A stretch of 64,000 nt of DNA from Escherichia phage mogra, in the sequence record MN850579.1, one strand, 5' to 3'. The position numbers and the translations under genes were made by a program. The notes under the pieces are model-generated. The model worked only from the letters and a program-made list of their open reading frames with translations. It did no database searches and was not told where the DNA came from. The first letter of the stretch is position 1. The number at the start of each line of letters is the position of its first letter. This document shows positions 17,171 through 26,594 of the stretch, piece by piece.

Positions 17171-17458
17171 ATGGATTTTATGCAAAAAATTAAAGCCGCA
17201 GTCGAACTGTATGCTCATCGTATGGTTAGTTCTACGATGCAATATAGCGAGGAGGTTCGCCAGGACTCTTCCTTGAAAGGAAAAACTAAAGCCTTAATTA
17301 CCTTAGATCGTTTGCAAAAGAATGCCATAGAGATGCTCCAGTACGACAAGGGTGTATATAAGAAAGAACAGGAAGAGAAACTTAAATCTGAAAAATTACA
17401 AAAAATCCCGAAGTCTGTTTGGTTCAGTGGAAAAAATACCGAAAAAAGTTTCTTTTAG
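17171..17458 (+). CDS. hypothetical protein
   Basis: GAGGA RBS; 95 aa. Confidence 0.5.
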   Translation: MDFMQKIKAAVELYAHRMVSSTMQYSEEVRQDSSLKGKTKALITLDRLQKNAIEMLQYDKGVYKKEQEEKLKSEKLQKIPKSVWFSGKNTEKSFF

Positions 17459-17460
17459 TT

Positions 17461-17495
17461 GTTTACAAGGTCTATGGTTATGTTATTATAGACCT
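17461..17495 (+). promoter_or_regulatory. early-type promoter with inverted repeat bracketing the -10
   Basis: GTTTAC 17461-17466; arms AGGTCTAT 17468-17475 / ATAGACCT 17488-17495; TATTAT 17484-17489. Confidence 0.5.
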
Positions 17496-17516
17496 ATCAA
17501 CTACTGGAGGTAAAAC

Positions 17517-18044
17517 ATGAACGCTAAAGATATTTTCAACCTGGTAAATTATAACGACGGTAAATTTAAATCTGAAGCACAAAGTAAGTTCTTTAATGAC
17601 ATTGCTTATGGTAACGAGATTACCGTGGACGGAGGTCAGATTTTCAAATCTCGCTGGAATTGGATTGTTATCATCGATTCAGTTGGAATTGTGGAAGTCT
17701 ACAAAAACACTAACAAAAAACGTACATTATTCTGGTCTCGTGAAACTAACGAGAAGTACAAAAAGGATAAAGCATCTCGTTTATCCAAAGTAACCCAGGA
17801 AGATATCGAGTTTATCAAGAAAGATATCGAGATGTACGAAAATTTAATCGCTGAAGACCAGGCAGTACTCGATAAGTTTGATGAAATTAAAGCTTCTCTT
17901 GAAATCCCTGACTTCATGAAAGAAACAGTAAACGAACGATACGCTCTCACTTCAGAACGTATTGCAAACTATACAAAACAGAAAGCAGAACGTATTAGTA
18001 CTCTTCGGAAATTTGAAGAACGTTTAAAGACGGTTCACGCATAA
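17517..18044 (+). CDS. hypothetical protein
   Basis: GGAGG RBS; 175 aa. Confidence 0.55.
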   Translation: MNAKDIFNLVNYNDGKFKSEAQSKFFNDIAYGNEITVDGGQIFKSRWNWIVIIDSVGIVEVYKNTNKKRTLFWSRETNEKYKKDKASRLSKVTQEDIEFIKKDIEMYENLIAEDQAVLDKFDEIKASLEIPDFMKETVNERYALTSERIANYTKQKAERISTLRKFEERLKTVHA

Positions 18045-18106
18045 ACGCTTTACCCAAGGACGGGTTATAATGGTTTTGAGTTCCAATTCAATCTGAGGAA
18101 ATAGTT

Positions 18107-19102
18107 ATGAGCATTACATCTGATGCGGTAAAACATGAAATTAATGGTTTATGTGCTTCACAGATTAAAGTGTGGTTTAAAGACCATAACGATCGCAGAG
18201 CACTTAATTATGAGCAAATTGCTATCCAAGTTCATCAATTACTGGTTAGTAAATTTGATTTTCATATGCCGTCTGAAATCTATACTAATCTGCCGCGAGC
18301 ACTTATTAAAGCGTGTAAAGGTTATGGAAAATCAATGGCTGATGGAATCTTCAGCGCGCTGAATAAACTTAACGTTCTGTCGATGATTAACTCTAACAAC
18401 ATCCTGAGTAATCTAGGACGTACTGATTTGTTCGGACGTGAACAGTGTAAAATGCCTTTGAAATGGATTGTTGCTCATCTTAACGAGAACCAAACACGTT
18501 TTATGGCCGTAACAGCACGTTTACAAATGGGCCTAGATCGTCAGATGAACTTTAAAACTCATCCACGTTATTCAGGTTCAACTGACTTTTATAAATGTGA
18601 GCTTCAAAAGGTTGGTGGCAAAACTGTCTTAGTAGTTCGTGTAACGTTTGAAGGACGTCGTCAAGGATATTTTGACATAATCGGCTCTGGACTTAAACAT
18701 TGTGGATTTATCGACGAAGTTGATATCAAGCGAGACGGCATTGGATACCGTATTGGGTATGTTTGTACTCTTAAAGAAGAGATTTCAGGACCAGCTCCAG
18801 GACTAAAAGACGTTAGATATAAAGACGAGCTCGTTGAAGAAATAAAAGAAGTTGAATATGATATCAACCAAGAAGATGCTCTTAAAGACCTTATTGATGA
18901 ACTGAACCAAGACGTTATTCCGGTTCAGAAATTTGAATCAAAACATGCTGAGCAAATCAAATACTTTGAAGCTTTGATTAACGAACTTAATGTAACTATT
19001 CAACAGACTGACGATGAAATCTCACGATTAGCAGGCTTAAACGGTAAAAATAAAACAGAACGAGCTAATCTTATTCAAGTAGTAAAACTTCTTAAGGAAT
19101 GA
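18107..19102 (+). CDS. hypothetical protein with C-terminal coiled coil
   Basis: 331 aa; first of three similar-sized consecutive genes. Confidence 0.6.
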   Translation: MSITSDAVKHEINGLCASQIKVWFKDHNDRRALNYEQIAIQVHQLLVSKFDFHMPSEIYTNLPRALIKACKGYGKSMADGIFSALNKLNVLSMINSNNILSNLGRTDLFGREQCKMPLKWIVAHLNENQTRFMAVTARLQMGLDRQMNFKTHPRYSGSTDFYKCELQKVGGKTVLVVRVTFEGRRQGYFDIIGSGLKHCGFIDEVDIKRDGIGYRIGYVCTLKEEISGPAPGLKDVRYKDELVEEIKEVEYDINQEDALKDLIDELNQDVIPVQKFESKHAEQIKYFEALINELNVTIQQTDDEISRLAGLNGKNKTERANLIQVVKLLKE

Positions 19103-19131
19103 TGTACAACCAAGGATGGTTGGAGTATAAT
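19103..19131 (+). promoter_or_regulatory. promoter module TGTACA-ACCAAGGATGGTTGGAG-TATAAT
   Basis: Conserved 27-bp module also at 20098, 61105 and 61663; TATAAT 19126-19131. Confidence 0.55.
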
Positions 19132-19157
19132 AAATTTTTCAACATGAGGAATATAAA

Positions 19158-20093
19158 ATGGCTTTTATTACACGTAGAGAACTTATCAAAGAATTTACCT
19201 CGAACGCATATACTCCAGGACCTAATCCTATCCGTATGCCTGTAAAGACTCCTGAAGAGATTGAGGAAGTCTGTTCATATTATGGGATTACTTCTCGTAA
19301 GTTTACTCAATTTGAATGCGTTACTAACACACCCGTTAAAGAGTTCATTAAAAATGGTGAGTTCAGCCGTTTATTAGCCAAACAGAAACTTCGTAATTTT
19401 TGTATTGGTGGTGAAGGACAATATTTCGCTAAGCAGTTCCGGAATAACCTTAACAATCTGATGGCCATTGCTTCTCGTATTCGTCCTCAAGCAATTAACA
19501 TGAAACATTTGAAATATACTTACGATAAGTTAGAAATCATGGTTATCAGTGAGAATGAGTTCACTCTTACGTATAAACCTAAGAATGATAACGTTGCTCG
19601 TGTATTCCACCAAGCGTTGGAAGTTTTAGGTGATAATATCCACCAGATTAAAGCAATTTATTCTCGTGAGCTTAATATTATCGACCCTATCAAGAATAAG
19701 GGCCATATCGCTATCCAGGCTCGTGTATCTATTGGTAAAAAGGTTCCTGCGCCATGGTGGCACAAAGACTCTGAATACTATCAAAATCTTAAAAAGGAAA
19801 ATGCAACGTTCGAAGCGTCAATTACTGCAACCCCAATTGGCCATGCTGAAGTTCTAGGTGCATATTCTACTGCTCCATCTATACACATTTCACCGTCGAC
19901 TAAACTGGAAATCTCTAACGGTCTTCTTCCTGCCGAAGATTACCATTATAATCAAATCAAGGCCACTGTAGACCAACTATCCGTTGAACTTGACAAAGCA
20001 CAAGCTAAGCTTCGTGATGCTCAACAAGTAGTTACCAAGCTCCAGTTGCAGTACTCTAAACTTTTTAACGCAATGAATGCATTAAAATCATAA
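19158..20093 (+). CDS. hypothetical protein with C-terminal coiled coil
   Basis: 311 aa. Confidence 0.6.
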   Translation: MAFITRRELIKEFTSNAYTPGPNPIRMPVKTPEEIEEVCSYYGITSRKFTQFECVTNTPVKEFIKNGEFSRLLAKQKLRNFCIGGEGQYFAKQFRNNLNNLMAIASRIRPQAINMKHLKYTYDKLEIMVISENEFTLTYKPKNDNVARVFHQALEVLGDNIHQIKAIYSRELNIIDPIKNKGHIAIQARVSIGKKVPAPWWHKDSEYYQNLKKENATFEASITATPIGHAEVLGAYSTAPSIHISPSTKLEISNGLLPAEDYHYNQIKATVDQLSVELDKAQAKLRDAQQVVTKLQLQYSKLFNAMNALKS

Positions 20094-20097
20094 ATCA

Positions 20098-20127
20098 GTT
20101 TACAACCAAGGATGGTTGGAGTATAAT
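20098..20127 (+). promoter_or_regulatory. promoter module GTTTAC-AACCAAGGATGGTTGGAG-TATAAT
   Basis: GTTTAC 20098-20103; TATAAT 20122-20127; spacer identical to the 19103 copy. Confidence 0.55.
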
Positions 20128-20157
20128 GAGAACCTATCTTAACGAGAGGAAAATATT

Positions 20158-21108
20158 ATGACACGTTCACATTACATTGAATACTTTGCCGGTCTTATCG
20201 CTAACGTTCATGCCCAACGTGCTTCTGGTTCATTAGGATTTGATGTTCCACACCGAGATGTAGTAAGTGGTATTCTTCGCGATTTTGGTACATACACAGG
20301 CCAAGAAAATCATATCTGTAAAGATACTCAAAATGCATATTCTCATTCACTAGGGACGCTGCTTCAATGGTTCAAACGTTCTCGTTTATTATCTTCTACT
20401 GTAGCTCGCGATAACATTAAAAACTTTATGAAACCGAGCTTTATTAAATCTGTGACATCTAAAACCGATTTGGTTGAATTCACTATTGTTAATGATGTTA
20501 AAAAGACTCATTTGGCTGATTGGTTATCTACCATTCCTGAAACTAAATTTGCTGATAAATTTGCTTGTGAATTCAATAAACAAGTGAATATGCTTTTTAA
20601 ACATTCTCGTAAATTATTCACTGGCGGTGATGGCCGTACAAATAAAGTTCATGTTAAAGATTGGGTTACTGCAGTATTCAAACCAACTGGTAATGGTAAC
20701 GCATCATTATCAATTGATATCCAGGTTCCTTATTACTACTCACGTAATCTCGGCACCATGAAAGCCGAAGAAATTAATAAGCACAACAAAACTATTCGTT
20801 CGTTGTCTTATAAACTTATTACATTGTTAGAGACTATGGATGTTGTTGAAACGTTCGACGAATCCGAAGATAACGGTTCAATGTTATATAGTTCTCGTAC
20901 CCGAATTAAGTTGAAGAACCCTAACGAGTATAAACTTAAGACTATTAAAGAACCTAAAGTAGAAAAAGTTGACAACTTGAGCGAAGAACGTGAGTACCTC
21001 AAATCTCGTCTGAAAGAAGTCGAAGCCCAGATTGCAGAACAAACTAAATCGTTAAAAGCTCTGAATGCGAAAGCGGATGGTTTACGAAATGCCATTGAGG
21101 TGTTATAA
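20158..21108 (+). CDS. hypothetical protein with C-terminal coiled coil
   Basis: 316 aa. Confidence 0.6.
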   Translation: MTRSHYIEYFAGLIANVHAQRASGSLGFDVPHRDVVSGILRDFGTYTGQENHICKDTQNAYSHSLGTLLQWFKRSRLLSSTVARDNIKNFMKPSFIKSVTSKTDLVEFTIVNDVKKTHLADWLSTIPETKFADKFACEFNKQVNMLFKHSRKLFTGGDGRTNKVHVKDWVTAVFKPTGNGNASLSIDIQVPYYYSRNLGTMKAEEINKHNKTIRSLSYKLITLLETMDVVETFDESEDNGSMLYSSRTRIKLKNPNEYKLKTIKEPKVEKVDNLSEEREYLKSRLKEVEAQIAEQTKSLKALNAKADGLRNAIEVL

Positions 21109-21413
21109 TGAAACTACGTCTTTTAGAGGATATTGATATGAGCACTAATCATGGCTTGGTTAAGTTTATTGATGATAGTTCAAAGATTGAATTTGTTCAG
21201 CGAGATAAAATCCACGGTGAAGAAAAGTTCGTTCCTCCGGCATGGAACGAAATAATGAAAATGGTTGAACGACGTGAAAATGCTGCCAAATCGGCAGCAA
21301 AACATCCATGTCCGGAATGTGGAACTATCCAAGTCCAACTGGTTAACTGGGCCAGTGATAACTTGAAATTGAAATGCCGTAAATGCTTCCACAAATTTGA
21401 GAGAACATTATAA
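21108..21413 (+). CDS. zinc-ribbon protein
   Basis: CPECG...CRKC pair at C-terminus; 101 aa. Confidence 0.5.
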   Translation: MKLRLLEDIDMSTNHGLVKFIDDSSKIEFVQRDKIHGEEKFVPPAWNEIMKMVERRENAAKSAAKHPCPECGTIQVQLVNWASDNLKLKCRKCFHKFERTL

Positions 21414-21820
21414 TGAGATATAGCCTTCGTTGTTTTATCGCAGCTTTAGTTTTTGCTATTATTCCATTCATTTGGAACAGCCAGAATACTTACATGGAAA
21501 CTAAAGTAATTCCTGTGGAGGTAGTGGAATTAATCTCAGGCCAATCTACAGGAAAATATTCTAAATTAGAATTTATTGCAGTCTATAAAGATGAGCAAGG
21601 ACGAGTTTTTGACAGGCGTGTATCACCTTCGTTTTATACGCTTCTGAATAAAGGTGATACGATAGCTATAGAAATTCGTGAGATGGATATCAAACAAACT
21701 ACTAAAGATAACTTGATTTGGTTCTTTGGTACAGTGTTGTTGGTTTCTATCTGTATCACAGGTTTTATTACATGTATTGTATTTGGCATTGCATATTTAA
21801 TCGATGAAAGGAAAAAATAA
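21413..21820 (+). CDS. membrane protein
   Basis: N- and C-terminal hydrophobic helices; 135 aa. Confidence 0.55.
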   Translation: MRYSLRCFIAALVFAIIPFIWNSQNTYMETKVIPVEVVELISGQSTGKYSKLEFIAVYKDEQGRVFDRRVSPSFYTLLNKGDTIAIEIREMDIKQTTKDNLIWFFGTVLLVSICITGFITCIVFGIAYLIDERKK

Positions 21821-22083
21821 TGTTTAAAGTGTACGGGTATGACTCTACTATTCATAAATGCATTTATTGTGATAATGCGAAACGATTGCTGACTGTTAAG
21901 AAACAGCCGTTCGAATTCATTAATGTTATGCCAGAAAAAGGTGTATTCGATGAAGAAAAAATTGCTGAGCTTCTGGCTAAGCTTGGACGTGAAACACATG
22001 TTGGATTGACGATGCCTCAGGTGTTTGCTCCTGATGGAACTTCGATCGGTGGCTTTGATCAACTGCGAGAATATTTTAAATGA
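21820..22083 (+). CDS. nrdC: thioredoxin/glutaredoxin NrdC
   Basis: MFKVYGYDSTIHKCIYCDNAKRLL... with CxxC; 87 aa; near-identical to recalled T4 NrdC. Confidence 0.9.
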   Translation: MFKVYGYDSTIHKCIYCDNAKRLLTVKKQPFEFINVMPEKGVFDEEKIAELLAKLGRETHVGLTMPQVFAPDGTSIGGFDQLREYFK

Positions 22084-22436
22084 CATATTCATTAAATCTT
22101 AAAGATTTCCAAGATGTATACGAAGTTTGTGCCAATGAACTTGGTCCTGATGCTCCAACTATTATTGAAGTTTTAAATGTGCTCCCTTCATCATTAGCTT
22201 ACGAAGCCAAATCATGGGGTTGGAACGACACTGTCGTTCGTGATGACCTTTACGTCCTGATGAACGATATGATGGTTAAAAAGGCAGAACCGGTTGCACC
22301 AATGGTTACCATTACCGTTGAAGAATATAATCGCCTGCAAGCCATTGAAGAGCTTCTGTGGAACATTGAATGTGACCTGCCGTCAGGGCTAGAATCCTGG
22401 ATTGATTATGAAGAGCTCAATAAACTCCGGGGTTAA
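22080..22436 (+). CDS. hypothetical acidic protein
   Basis: ATGA overlap with nrdC; 118 aa. Confidence 0.55.
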   Translation: MTYSLNLKDFQDVYEVCANELGPDAPTIIEVLNVLPSSLAYEAKSWGWNDTVVRDDLYVLMNDMMVKKAEPVAPMVTITVEEYNRLQAIEELLWNIECDLPSGLESWIDYEELNKLRG

Positions 22437-22564
22437 GCCATGGTATTCGGCTCGATGGGAAACTGTCGAGCCAGACGTCGAAACAGTTTACAACGACGAA
22501 GAAACGTGTTATGATGAACCTACAGTAAACGATATGATTGATTTGGAAATGGGAAGAGATTATT

Positions 22565-22735
22565 ATGCAAGTTAAATTATTGTACCGTTTATTAAAAAAT
22601 GGCAAGCATGATTGGTATTTGCTTATTAAAACCGATCCGAATTTTTTCTCCGGACGACCATTTACGGTTCGACCAACTAAACGTCAGCTTCGCAAAGCGA
22701 AACGCACGCATCGCAACTTTTATAGAGGATATTGA
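22565..22735 (+). CDS. small basic protein
   Basis: ATG 22565 after GGGAAGAGA; 56 aa; track start is TTG upstream. Confidence 0.4.
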   Translation: MQVKLLYRLLKNGKHDWYLLIKTDPNFFSGRPFTVRPTKRQLRKAKRTHRNFYRGY

Positions 22736-22736
22736 T

Positions 22737-23162
22737 ATGAATATTTCTGACACACATGGTAAATGGTTCAAGATTGTTAAAGAAGATGAAGAACTACAAG
22801 TCAAGTTTCCTGAATTAAAGAAAGATACAATCATCAAGGTAATTGGTACTACGACCGAAGATGGTTATGGCGACCATGGCATTATTGAAGTGATGTTGAA
22901 CACTGGTGAGAAACTTTGCATCTATGACCGTGATACTTCTCTTTGGTGCTTCTGGGAATCACATTCAATAGATGAACTCGAAGAAATTGATTCGGCTGAT
23001 ATTGCGGGTGTGCTAGGTAGTAAACTTGGCGAATTCGAAGGTGAACGAATTTCTTATGCATTAGCTAAATTAGCCGGACAAGAAAATAACGACGGCTATG
23101 AAGGTAACCTGATGCAAGCAGCCGCAGAATACATTGAATATTTAGAAAGACGTTTAAGTTAA
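22737..23162 (+). CDS. hypothetical acidic protein
   Basis: ATG 22737 after AGAGGA; track N-terminal extension is in a region better read as the previous small gene. Confidence 0.55.
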   Translation: MNISDTHGKWFKIVKEDEELQVKFPELKKDTIIKVIGTTTEDGYGDHGIIEVMLNTGEKLCIYDRDTSLWCFWESHSIDELEEIDSADIAGVLGSKLGEFEGERISYALAKLAGQENNDGYEGNLMQAAAEYIEYLERRLS

Positions 23163-23192
23163 TAAATACCCTTATCTATTTAAGGTAAGGGT
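23160..23192 (+). promoter_or_regulatory. late-promoter-like box plus hairpin in the gene 49 leader
   Basis: TAATAAATA 23160-23168 (same variant as upstream of e); stem ACCCTTA 23168-23174 / TAAGGGT 23186-23192. Confidence 0.45.
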
Positions 23193-23197
23193 TTATC

Positions 23198-23671
23198 ATG
23201 TTATTATCAGGCGCAAAATATAAAGAAGAAAAACAAAAATTTTATGATGCACAGAACGGTAAGTGTCCTATTTGCCACCGTGAATTAGACCCTGATGTTC
23301 AAGGTAACCATCTTGACCACGACCACGAATTAAACGGGCCAAAAGCTGGTAAGGTTCGTGGTTTACTATGTAACCTGTGCAATGCAGCAGAAGGCCAAAT
23401 GAAGCATAAGTTCAACCGTTCTGGTCTTAAAGGTCAAAACGTTGATTACCTCGAATGGCTTGAATCTCTTCTTGCTTATTTGAAACAAGATTATTCTGAT
23501 AATAATATCCATCCTAATTTTGTTGGAGATAAATCAAAGGAATTTTCTCGTTTAGGAAAAGAGGAAATGATGTCCGAGATGCTTCAAAGAGGATTTGAAT
23601 ATAATGAATCTGATACTAAAACACAATTAATAGCTTCATTCAAAAAGCAGCTTAGAAAGAGTTTAAAATGA
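23198..23671 (+). CDS. 49: endonuclease VII (Holliday junction resolvase)
   Basis: MLLSGAKYKEEKQKFYDAQNGKCPICHRELDPDVQGNHLDHDHELNGPKAGKVRGLLCNLCNAAEGQ... matches recalled T4 gp49; 157 aa. Confidence 0.93.
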   Translation: MLLSGAKYKEEKQKFYDAQNGKCPICHRELDPDVQGNHLDHDHELNGPKAGKVRGLLCNLCNAAEGQMKHKFNRSGLKGQNVDYLEWLESLLAYLKQDYSDNNIHPNFVGDKSKEFSRLGKEEMMSEMLQRGFEYNESDTKTQLIASFKKQLRKSLK

Positions 23672-25485
23672 AAATTGAAAAAGAAATTGAAGGATTAATT
23701 TATAAAACTAATAAAGATCTTTTGAACGAGAATGCTAATAAAGATTCTCGTGTTTTTCCAACTCAACGGGACCTTATGGCTGGTATTGTGTCTAAGCACA
23801 TTGCCAAAAATATGGTCCCGTCTTTTATTATGAATGCGCATGAAAGCGGAATCATTCACATGCATGATATTGATTATTCTCCTGCTCTTCCGTTTACCAA
23901 TTGCTGTTTAGTCGATTTAAAGGGGATGCTTGAGAATGGATTTAAATTAGGCAATGCTCAAATTGAAACGCCTAAATCTATTGGCGTTGCTACTGCAATT
24001 ATGGCACAAATTACCGCACAAGTTGCTTCACACCAGTATGGCGGAACTACATTTGCGAATGTCGATAAAGTTCTTTCTCCTTATGTTAAACGCACATACG
24101 CTAAACATATTGAAGATGCAGAAAAATGGCAAATCGCTGATGCGTTGAATTATGCTCAATCCAAAACAGAAAAAGATGTCTATGACGCGTTCCAAGCTTA
24201 TGAATATGAAGTAAATACTCTCTTTAGTTCAAACGGACAAACGCCTTTTGTAACAATTACATTTGGTACGGGAACTGACTGGACTGAACGAATGATTCAG
24301 AAGGCAATTCTTAAAAACCGCATTAAAGGTCTTGGTCGTGATGGAATAACTCCTATTTTTCCTAAACTTGTTATGTTTGTTGAAGAAGGTGTTAATCTTT
24401 ATAAAGATGATCCAAACTATGATATTAAACAACTTGCGTTAGAATGTGCAAGCAAAAGAATGTATCCTGACATTATTTCGGTTAAGAATAATAAAGCTAT
24501 TACCGGTTCTTCAGTTCCTGTTTCTCCGATGGGTTGCCGTAGTTTTTTGAGTGTGTGGAAAGATTCGACTGGTAATGAAATTCTTGATGGACGTAATAAT
24601 CTTGGTGTTGTAACACTGAATCTTCCTCGTATCGCATTAGATTCTTATATTGGAACACAGTTCAATGAACAGAAATTTGTTGAGCTATTTAACGAACGAA
24701 TGGACCTGTGTTTTGAAGCCTTGATGTGTAGAATTAGTTCTTTAAAGGGTGTTAAAGCGACTGTTGCTCCTATTCTTTACCAAGAAGGTGCATTCGGTGT
24801 TCGTCTTAAACCTGATGACGATATAATTGAGTTATTTAAAAACGGTAGAAGTTCAGTGTCTTTGGGATACATTGGTATTCACGAATTGAATATTCTTGTC
24901 GGTCGTGATATTGGGCAAGAAATTTTAACTAAAATGAATGCTCATCTTAAACAGTGGACTGAAAGAACCGGATTTGCTTTTAGTTTATATTCTACTCCTG
25001 CTGAAAACCTTTGTTATCGCTTCTGTAAACTTGATACAGAAAAATATGGAAGTGTAAAGGATGTTACAGATAAAGGCTGGTACACTAACAGTTTCCATGT
25101 TTCAGTAGAAGAAAATATTACTCCGTTTGAAAAAATTTCTCGTGAAGCTCCTTATCATTTCATAGCGACCGGCGGTCACATTTCTTATGTTGAACTTCCA
25201 GATATGAAAAACAATTTAAAGGGGCTTGAGGCCGTCTGGGATTATGCTGCACAACATTTAGATTATTTTGGTGTTAATATGCCAGTGGATAAATGTTTTA
25301 CATGTGGAAGTACCCATGAAATGACTCCTACTGAAAATGGATTTGTTTGTTCAGTTTGCGGAGAAACTGATCCTAAAAAGATGAACACAATAAGAAGAAC
25401 ATGTGGTTATTTGGGAAATCCGAACGAACGCGGATTTAATCTCGGTAAAAATAAAGAAATCATGCATAGGGTTAAACACCAATGA
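23668..25485 (+). CDS. nrdD: anaerobic ribonucleoside-triphosphate reductase
   Basis: 605 aa uninterrupted; C-terminal zinc ribbon CFTCGS...CSVCGE and glycyl-radical motif RRTCGYLG. Confidence 0.95.
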   Translation: MKIEKEIEGLIYKTNKDLLNENANKDSRVFPTQRDLMAGIVSKHIAKNMVPSFIMNAHESGIIHMHDIDYSPALPFTNCCLVDLKGMLENGFKLGNAQIETPKSIGVATAIMAQITAQVASHQYGGTTFANVDKVLSPYVKRTYAKHIEDAEKWQIADALNYAQSKTEKDVYDAFQAYEYEVNTLFSSNGQTPFVTITFGTGTDWTERMIQKAILKNRIKGLGRDGITPIFPKLVMFVEEGVNLYKDDPNYDIKQLALECASKRMYPDIISVKNNKAITGSSVPVSPMGCRSFLSVWKDSTGNEILDGRNNLGVVTLNLPRIALDSYIGTQFNEQKFVELFNERMDLCFEALMCRISSLKGVKATVAPILYQEGAFGVRLKPDDDIIELFKNGRSSVSLGYIGIHELNILVGRDIGQEILTKMNAHLKQWTERTGFAFSLYSTPAENLCYRFCKLDTEKYGSVKDVTDKGWYTNSFHVSVEENITPFEKISREAPYHFIATGGHISYVELPDMKNNLKGLEAVWDYAAQHLDYFGVNMPVDKCFTCGSTHEMTPTENGFVCSVCGETDPKKMNTIRRTCGYLGNPNERGFNLGKNKEIMHRVKHQ

Positions 25486-25952
25486 ATTATGATAGATTTT
25501 ATCCTTGCGATTTTGTGAATGGCCCTGGATGCAGGGTCGTTCTTTTCGTTACGGGTTGTTTGCATAAATGCGAAGGGTGTTATAATAAATCAACATGGAA
25601 TGCTAGAAATGGTATTCCATTCACTGGTGAAACACTAGAACAATTAATTGAATGTTTGAATAATGATTATATAGAAGGATTAACTATAACCGGAGGTGAC
25701 CCTCTCTATCCTGATAACCGAGATGTTATTCATTGCATTGTTCAAACAGTAAAAAATCTTTATCCCAATAAAAGCATTTGGTTGTGGACAGGATATAAGT
25801 TTGAAGATATTAAACAACTAGAAATGCTTAAATATGTTGATGTTATTATTGATGGGAAGTATGAGAAAAATCTTCCGACCAAAAAGCTGTGGCGAGGATC
25901 AGATAATCAGCGGCTTTGGTCAAATACCGATGGGGTGTGGAAACATGATTAA
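25482..25952 (+). CDS. nrdG: anaerobic RNR activating enzyme (radical SAM)
   Basis: CxxxCxxC cluster CLHKCEGC; ATGA overlap with nrdD. Confidence 0.92.
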   Translation: MNYDRFYPCDFVNGPGCRVVLFVTGCLHKCEGCYNKSTWNARNGIPFTGETLEQLIECLNNDYIEGLTITGGDPLYPDNRDVIHCIVQTVKNLYPNKSIWLWTGYKFEDIKQLEMLKYVDVIIDGKYEKNLPTKKLWRGSDNQRLWSNTDGVWKHD

Positions 25953-26058
25953 ATTGAATTACATTATGGATACTATAAATGATATGATTTTTAATTTTGG
26001 TCCAGAATTTTATTCGCAATATAGTTTAATGCTTATCAATGCTTAATTAAGGGTAAAT

Positions 26059-26274
26059 ATGTATAAATTTCGTAAAGGTTTAGCTGATTTTCTTACAACT
26101 GTAACGTTCTTTTTGTTTATGGCAGTTGGAGCTATTTTTCTTATTCCTTTTACTGGCGTATTTTTCGTGATTAGTTTAATTTCTCCAGAAAAGGGTTTAT
26201 CCTCCAGCGAATTCAATGAACGTTTGGACAAAATTACTAATAAACTGAATTCTGTTCTTGATAAAAAGGCTTAA
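26059..26274 (+). CDS. small membrane protein
   Basis: Two hydrophobic helices; 71 aa. Confidence 0.5.
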   Translation: MYKFRKGLADFLTTVTFFLFMAVGAIFLIPFTGVFFVISLISPEKGLSSSEFNERLDKITNKLNSVLDKKA

Positions 26275-26276
26275 TT

Positions 26277-26594
26277 ATGATTAGTTTTGAGCGGTATGTA
26301 GTAGAGAGTTGGAATGGTTTTGATATGTTCGGTAATGACTATTATTTCTATGAATGTAGTCTGAACCCAAGCTTCTGGGCTGGACGTGAACAAGACCTCG
26401 AAGAAATCAACGCTCGTGCCGATTTGTTAGGTGAACTGCCTACGGTTTATTTTACCTTTGATGAATCCGGCTTCGTTATCCAGGTTTATTTTCCTGAAGA
26501 AAACTCTGGTGAGGATTCTGTTAATCCTCCTTATTGGGCTTACCAAGGAATTATTTCTCGTGGAACAAAACTCGAACTTAAAGAACAAGATTGA
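26277..26594 (+). CDS. hypothetical acidic protein
   Basis: TAATTATG-coupled; 105 aa. Confidence 0.55.
   Translation: MISFERYVVESWNGFDMFGNDYYFYECSLNPSFWAGREQDLEEINARADLLGELPTVYFTFDESGFVIQVYFPEENSGEDSVNPPYWAYQGIISRGTKLELKEQD

Noticed and set aside
18048-18071. CTTTAC...TATAAT as a functional copy of the portable promoter module
   Set aside because: Spacer between -35-like and -10 hexamers is only about 12 nt; more likely a decayed copy or a promoter using a different -35.
21634-22092. 152-aa minus-strand ORF across nrdC
   Set aside because: Antisense to recognisable nrdC and a coupled membrane-protein gene.
22437-22564. 24-aa ORF (ATG 22440) and other tiny frames between 22436 and 22565
   Set aside because: No RBS; region better explained by a GTTTAC/TGTTATGAT promoter for the following small gene.
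23668-25485. Possible group I intron or homing endonuclease in nrdD (as in T4)
   Set aside because: nrdD reads as one uninterrupted 605-codon frame; no intron-sized insertion and no HNH or GIY-YIG ORF nearby.
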